Shown piece after piece: positions 27,734 through 32,000 of a stretch of DNA of 32,000 nt. The notes under the pieces were generated by a model. It was not told the origin of the DNA, did not search any database, and saw only the letters and a list, made by a program, of their open reading frames with translations. Position numbers and translations under genes: made by a program. The stretch's first letter is position 1, and each line of letters opens with the position of its first letter. The stretch is taken from contig CAZPGO010000030.1 in NCBI GenBank assembly GCA_964586355.1, forward strand, positions 60,001 through 92,000, read 5' to 3'. Source of the stretch: an uncultured archaeon. Its GTDB lineage: Archaea; Iainarchaeota; Iainarchaeia; Iainarchaeales; CSSED10-239.

Positions 27734-28330
27734 TTAAAGAATAAACAAAATAAATATAGGAATAGCAATACAAATACCCCAAACTAAAGGATTCCAAGTT
27801 AATATTTTTTTCCCATCTAATGGCCCAAATGGTAAAAGATTAAAAAAAGCAATCCATAAATTAATATTTATTCCTAGTGCTACAAGTAAAACAGGAGCAC
27901 TAAAAAGCGCAGCTATAAAAAATAAAATACCCATAATTAAGTTGGAAATTGGTCCGGCAACAGAAATAATTCCATCCTCTTTAATACTAAGTGTTTTTCC
28001 AAAAATAAAAACAGCTCCAGGAGCTACAAAAATAAAACCAAATAATGCTGAGACTGCAAGAGCTATTAACAATAAAGGCAACCACATAACAAACTTAGCC
28101 CTTGCTCCAAAATGAATAGCTGTATATTTGTGAGATAGCTCGTGTATTATAAAAGAGGTGGCAGTAATTATTAGACTAAGTCCTAAGGTTGTAAAAAATT
28201 CAATTGTTGTAAAATTAAAACCATTTTTTAAATAATTAATTAAAGTATAATTATTAATAGCCAAAGTAAAGCACAAAGATATTATAACCCAAGCTATTAA
28301 TAGATCTTTAATTTCTGAATGTTTTTTCAT
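27734..28330 (-). CDS. Site-2 protease family (M50) intramembrane metalloprotease
   Basis: 198 aa, polytopic. It has HELSH (HExxH) and FNLLPFGPLDG (NxxPxxxLDG). Confidence 0.8.
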   Translation of the reverse strand: MKKHSEIKDLLIAWVIISLCFTLAINNYTLINYLKNGFNFTTIEFFTTLGLSLIITATSFIIHELSHKYTAIHFGARAKFVMWLPLLLIALAVSALFGFIFVAPGAVFIFGKTLSIKEDGIISVAGPISNLIMGILFFIAALFSAPVLLVALGININLWIAFFNLLPFGPLDGKKILTWNPLVWGICIAIPIFILFIL

Positions 28331-28345
28331 ATTTTTTCTTTTTTT

Positions 28346-29092
28346 TTATATATCTGTTTTTCCAAACAGTTTTAAAAAATTACTATAAATTTTTTCTTTA
28401 ACAAAGTTTAGATCTAAAGAATACTCTTTACAAAAAATTTCATAAGATTTCTTAATATCATAAATCTCTAGTGGTTTTGAGTTATATGAAACCGGATAAT
28501 CTGTTTCAATAAATATTTGATCCAAATGATCTTTAATATTTAAGATTGTTGGTTGTGCAAATCTGTTTGTGACATAATAGCCTCTATCCAGTGCAGTGTT
28601 TAGTTCTGAGTTAAGACCACTAAACCAATGCAGTAGTATTTTTTTGTTATTTACTGTGCTTAGAAGATCTAAAACTTTTTTTGTAGCATATCTTGAATGA
28701 ATAACTGCTAAAAGATCTTTTTTTTCAGCAATTTCTAATTGTTTTAAAAATAAGATTTCTTGTTCTTTTCTTTTTTGTTTATCTTTTGTTATCTTGTAAT
28801 CCATTCCTATTTCTCCAACAGCAATGGCATTATCAAAGTTAATTTTATTTACTTGCTCTAAGCAGTTATCAAGAGTGTTTTTTAAAACACAATCAGGATA
28901 AAGACCATATGCAAAAAACAAACCATCTATTTTTTCTTTTCTAATTTTTTCTAGTTTTTCATAACTTTCAAAAGATACTGATGCTGTTAGGGAGATTTGT
29001 TCGTTTTTTAAAAACTCTTGTTTTAATTTTTCTTTTGATAAATTTTCATAATGGCAATGAATATCAATAAATTTTAAATCTTTATTCTCCAT
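28346..29092 (-). CDS. TatD-family metal-dependent hydrolase
   Basis: 248 aa. The motifs IDIHCH, GEIGMDY, VIHSR, LHWFSG and ETDYP are spaced as in TatD/YchF-type amidohydrolase-fold DNases. Confidence 0.8.
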   Translation of the reverse strand: MENKDLKFIDIHCHYENLSKEKLKQEFLKNEQISLTASVSFESYEKLEKIRKEKIDGLFFAYGLYPDCVLKNTLDNCLEQVNKINFDNAIAVGEIGMDYKITKDKQKRKEQEILFLKQLEIAEKKDLLAVIHSRYATKKVLDLLSTVNNKKILLHWFSGLNSELNTALDRGYYVTNRFAQPTILNIKDHLDQIFIETDYPVSYNSKPLEIYDIKKSYEIFCKEYSLDLNFVKEKIYSNFLKLFGKTDI

Positions 29093-29125
29093 ATATATAT
29101 TATGCCCACACTAAAATTTAAAGAG
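29067..29125. promoter_or_regulatory. Back-to-back TATA-like boxes for the divergent TatD-like and methyltransferase genes
   Basis: The two start codons (29092 on the minus strand, 29102 on the plus strand) are 9 nt apart. A TTTTAAAT box (about 29072-29079) lies about 26 nt upstream of the plus ATG. A TTTAAATT box on the minus strand (about 29115-29122) lies about 26 nt upstream of the minus ATG. Each box sits inside the other gene's first codons. Confidence 0.35.
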
Positions 29126-29719
29126 TATAGTTTAGATCTACCAAATGAGGTGTACCTTCCAAGTGATGACACATATTTAATGATAAACACACTAGAAAAA
29201 GAAATAATTTCAAAAAAACTTATTTTTAATAATGCTTTGGAGCTGGGATCAGGAAATGGTTATTTGAGCTTGTGTGTTTATAATAATGTAAATGAAATTA
29301 TTTCTCTGGATTTAAATCCAATAGCTGTTGAGTACTTAAAAAAGGTAAAAAAAAAATACCTTCTAGATAAACAAGAAATAATCTTTTCAGATCTTTTTTC
29401 TGCAATAGATAAAAAGAAAAAATATGATCTGATTATTTTTAATCCACCTTATGTACCCTCAGAACCTTTAAACTTAGAAAAAGGAATAGATCTAGCAGTA
29501 AATGGTGGCAAAGATGGTTTAGAAGTCATTTCTAAATTTATAAAAGATCTTAGTTTTTTTTTAATTAAAACAGGTGTTTGTTATTTGTTATTTTCTTCTT
29601 TAAACAAAATAAATAAAATAAAAAAACAATTATCAGATAAAAAAATGAGTTGTGAGATCATAGCCTCAAAAAAGCTATTTTTTGAAGAGTTGTTTGTTTT
29701 AAAGATTTATTTTTCTTAA
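29102..29719 (+). CDS. HemK/Mtq2-like N5-glutamine methyltransferase
   Basis: 205 aa. It has the SAM-binding loop ELGSGNGYL and the catalytic motif IIFNPPYVP. Confidence 0.75.
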   Translation: MPTLKFKEYSLDLPNEVYLPSDDTYLMINTLEKEIISKKLIFNNALELGSGNGYLSLCVYNNVNEIISLDLNPIAVEYLKKVKKKYLLDKQEIIFSDLFSAIDKKKKYDLIIFNPPYVPSEPLNLEKGIDLAVNGGKDGLEVISKFIKDLSFFLIKTGVCYLLFSSLNKINKIKKQLSDKKMSCEIIASKKLFFEELFVLKIYFS

Positions 29720-29783
29720 GTTAGCAATACCTTTAAAATAACATGATTATAATATATATTTATCTTATTTTGTGTTTTAAAAA

Positions 29784-30899
29784 ATGATATCTATGCCAGC
29801 AAATGTAACTTATGAATTTTCAGCAGCAAAAGAAAAATTTGAAGCTGCAAGAACAGATGATGAAAAATTAATAGCCTTACAAGAGATGTTATCTGCTGCT
29901 CCTAATCATAAAGGTGGAGAAAATTTAAGAAAAGATATTAGTAGAAAAATTGCAGATCTAAAAAACCGAATGGAAAAAAAAGCTCAGGCACAAAAAAAAT
30001 CAGGGCACACAATAAATGTTAAAAAAGAGGGTGCTGGGCAAGTGGTGTTGGTTGGTTTACCAAATTCTGGGAAAAGTACTTTTCTTACAAAATTTACAAA
30101 TGCTAAACCAGTAATTGCTTCTTATCCATATACCACTACAAAACCAGAAGTTGGTGTTTTAAATTTTGGTGGCGCTTTAATTCAAATAGTTGAGCTACCA
30201 GCCTTTTTAGACACTAAAGAAATGGCTCCCCAAATCTTTTCTATGATAAGAATTGCTGATGCTACTATTTTAATTTTTGATGATTCTAATTTTGATAATT
30301 TAAATAAACTTATAACTTTATTAGAAGAGCAAGATATTTATGTTACTAAAGAAAAACCAAAAATAGATATTGTGAAAAGCCAGTTTCCTGGAGTCTCTTT
30401 TGTAAATGAGCAAAACCTTTTAGTAAAAAAAGAAGATGCTGAGCTATTATTAAGAGATGCCGGTTTTAGAACACATACCATAATATTAAATCAAAAAACA
30501 ACTATGCAAGATCTATTATTGTTAATTAACCCTAGAGCAAGTTATCAAAAAACTATTGCAATTTCTATTCCAATTACTGGAAAAAAGTTAACTAAAAAAA
30601 CACATAAAAACATACTTCTTTTTGATTTTGAGGAGGTTGCTGAGATTAATGAAAAAATTTTTGAGTTAGTTGACAAGATTATAGTGTACACAAAAAAACC
30701 TGGACAAAAAGCAGATCTAAAAGATCCATTGGTGATTGATAAAAATGGTAATGTAAAAGATGCTGCAAGAGCCATACATAAAGACATATATCAAGATCTA
30801 AAATCAGCAAAAGTTTGGGGCAGCACCAAATTTCCTGGCCAAACAGTCTCAAAAGAGTATGTTTTAAGAAATAAAGATGTTGTTGAGTTTGTGGTGTAA
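29784..30899 (+). CDS. DRG/Obg-family GTPase with C-terminal TGS-like domain
   Basis: 371 aa. An N-terminal helical segment (KGGENLRKDISRKIADLK) is followed by G1 GLPNSGKST and G2 YPYTTT. The C-terminus is KVWGSTKFPGQTVSKEYVLRNKDVVEF. Confidence 0.85.
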   Translation: MISMPANVTYEFSAAKEKFEAARTDDEKLIALQEMLSAAPNHKGGENLRKDISRKIADLKNRMEKKAQAQKKSGHTINVKKEGAGQVVLVGLPNSGKSTFLTKFTNAKPVIASYPYTTTKPEVGVLNFGGALIQIVELPAFLDTKEMAPQIFSMIRIADATILIFDDSNFDNLNKLITLLEEQDIYVTKEKPKIDIVKSQFPGVSFVNEQNLLVKKEDAELLLRDAGFRTHTIILNQKTTMQDLLLLINPRASYQKTIAISIPITGKKLTKKTHKNILLFDFEEVAEINEKIFELVDKIIVYTKKPGQKADLKDPLVIDKNGNVKDAARAIHKDIYQDLKSAKVWGSTKFPGQTVSKEYVLRNKDVVEFVV

Positions 30900-30974
30900 C
30901 ATTTATAAACTAAATCTTCTTATATAATTTTAGATAAATATATTTTTATTTATCAAAATATCTTAAGAATAAAA

Positions 30975-31853
30975 ATGAGCACAAAAAAAAAAGAAGAAAC
31001 AAATAAATTTGAAGAACAATTATACACATTATTTTTACCATTAACAGAGAACATAAAAATAAAAGAATTAGAAACAAAGTTAATGCAATTAGATTACCCA
31101 GACGATCTTTCTGTTTATTTATCAAAACATCTTTTTTTTGCAGTTTTTGTGCCTTTAATATTATTATTAATCGGCTCTTTTTTTTCTTTTGCTACTGGCA
31201 ATGTAGGTTGGATAAGTAATTTATTAATTATTTGTATATTTTCTTTCTTTGCGGTTTTAGTTTATGCTTTATTAAAACCTTATTTAGATGTTTCTGCAAA
31301 AGCAACAAATATTAAAAATAGTTTATCTTTAGCAATTTTAAGTATGTCTAGTATTGCAGAATCAGGAGCTCCTCCAGAATCCATGTTTCACACAGCAGCC
31401 ACAAAATCAGAGTCTCCTGAGCTTTCAAAGGAGCTTCAAAAGATAACTGGTTATTTAGATCATTTTGGTTTATCTTTGCCTGAAGCTATTGATCAATATT
31501 GTAAGATCACGCCATCAGTAGATCTAAAAAAATTTTTATTAGAACTAAAATCTAATCTTGCCTCTGGTGGTTCCTTATCAGAGTTTATGAAAAAAAAAGC
31601 AGAGCATGCTCAATTTACTTATAAATTAGTTTTAGATAATATGAACAAGAGAGCAGAAACTTTTGGAGATATTTATTCAGCTATTGTTATTGCTGGTCCG
31701 TTATTTTTATTTTCATCAATTATGCTTTTAGGTATGATTGGTGGAGGAGGGTTTGGAGGTATGAGCATAAACACATTAATGATCTTAGGTGTGTTTGGTG
31801 TTGTGCCTATGATTAATATAATTTTTATAATTGTTCTACAAATAATATCATAA
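30975..31853 (+). CDS. Type II secretion system F-domain protein (FlaJ/TadC-like pilus or archaellum platform protein, single domain)
   Basis: 292 aa. It has TM helices, then a cytoplasmic helical T2SSF-like region (LSLAILSMSSIAESGAPPESMF ... LPEAIDQY ... LASGGSLSEFM), then C-terminal TM helices. Confidence 0.65.
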   Translation: MSTKKKEETNKFEEQLYTLFLPLTENIKIKELETKLMQLDYPDDLSVYLSKHLFFAVFVPLILLLIGSFFSFATGNVGWISNLLIICIFSFFAVLVYALLKPYLDVSAKATNIKNSLSLAILSMSSIAESGAPPESMFHTAATKSESPELSKELQKITGYLDHFGLSLPEAIDQYCKITPSVDLKKFLLELKSNLASGGSLSEFMKKKAEHAQFTYKLVLDNMNKRAETFGDIYSAIVIAGPLFLFSSIMLLGMIGGGGFGGMSINTLMILGVFGVVPMINIIFIIVLQIIS

Positions 31854-31863
31854 AGGAAAAAAA

Positions 31864-32000
31864 ATGAATAAAAAACAAAAATATTTTTTGGATTTTGCTG
31901 TTAAAGGCGGTATTGCTAGTGTTGTTTTAGCGGTACTTTTAATAAACACAAAGATATTAATCTTTGCTATTTTTCCTTTTTTAGGGGCTATTGGTTTTGC
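31864..32000 (+). CDS. Membrane protein, N-terminal fragment (runs off window)
   Basis: An ATG at 31864 opens a frame that stays open to the window end: MNKKQKYFLDFAVKGGIASVVLAVLLINTKILIFAIFPFLGAIGF. It is hydrophobic and starts 10 nt after the T2SSF-like gene. Confidence 0.4.
   Translation, partial: MNKKQKYFLDFAVKGGIASVVLAVLLINTKILIFAIFPFLGAIGF

Noticed and set aside
3049-30787. About twenty ORFs of 60-101 aa lie antisense to, or nested within, the long genes. They are 3049-3336, 3846-4028, 4665-4904, 5172-5354, 5663-5968, 6047-6250, 6314-6619, 6523-6708, 12143-12379, 13404-13652, 15911-16123, 16237-16482, 17904-18116, 19388-19591, 20660-20881, 23505-23690, 24678-24878, 25396-25623, 26638-26835 and 30545-30787.
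   Set aside because: All lie inside, or largely overlap, well-supported longer genes on the opposite strand. Their translations are low-complexity Phe/Leu/Ile/Ser-rich shadows of A/T-rich coding sequence, and none has a recognisable motif.
1-32000. tRNA, rRNA, CRISPR repeats, IS elements, integrases, toxin-antitoxin pairs or known defence genes.
   Set aside because: No GTTCRAATC-type T-loop with a flanking GC-rich acceptor stem was found in any intergenic spacer. I saw no regularly spaced direct repeats. No ORF has transposase, integrase, nuclease-helicase or other defence-associated motifs. Every spacer except 9754-10028 is short and promoter-like.

Overview
This is a very A+T-rich, tightly packed stretch of archaeal chromosome. 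It is roughly 90 percent coding, with several 4-nt start/stop overlaps. The gene content points to a reduced-genome, DPANN-like archaeon (an inference from content, not a search result): PolD DP1/DP2, Orc1/Cdc6, ribosomal proteins S3Ae and S15, NAC, Bud32, NOG1-type and DRG-type GTPases, Cdc48, SepF and SecDF, together with low GC and shortened proteins. I call 32 protein-coding genes, 2 of them truncated by the window edges. I found no rRNA, tRNA, CRISPR array, transposase, integrase or recognisable defence gene. The window is mostly housekeeping and I do not see a clear-cut novel multi-gene system. The items most worth a second look are: (1) roughly 6-fold over-representation of the palindrome AGATCT across the whole window; (2) a stand-alone NFACT-R (DUF814) gene directly upstream of Cdc48, which echoes the eukaryotic RQC complex; (3) a 142-aa mini archaeosortase/exosortase-like protein translationally coupled to a DUF92 membrane protein; (4) a bacterial-type ThiI-MnmA tRNA thiolation pair whose MnmA has a CxxC...C cysteine pattern; (5) SepF followed by a tail-anchored protein with two PepSY-like repeats; (6) a UPF0147 gene at the head of the PolD operon; (7) an unusually long convergent intergenic spacer with a GC-rich stem. 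All family assignments rest on motifs I recognise in the translations. No database search was run.
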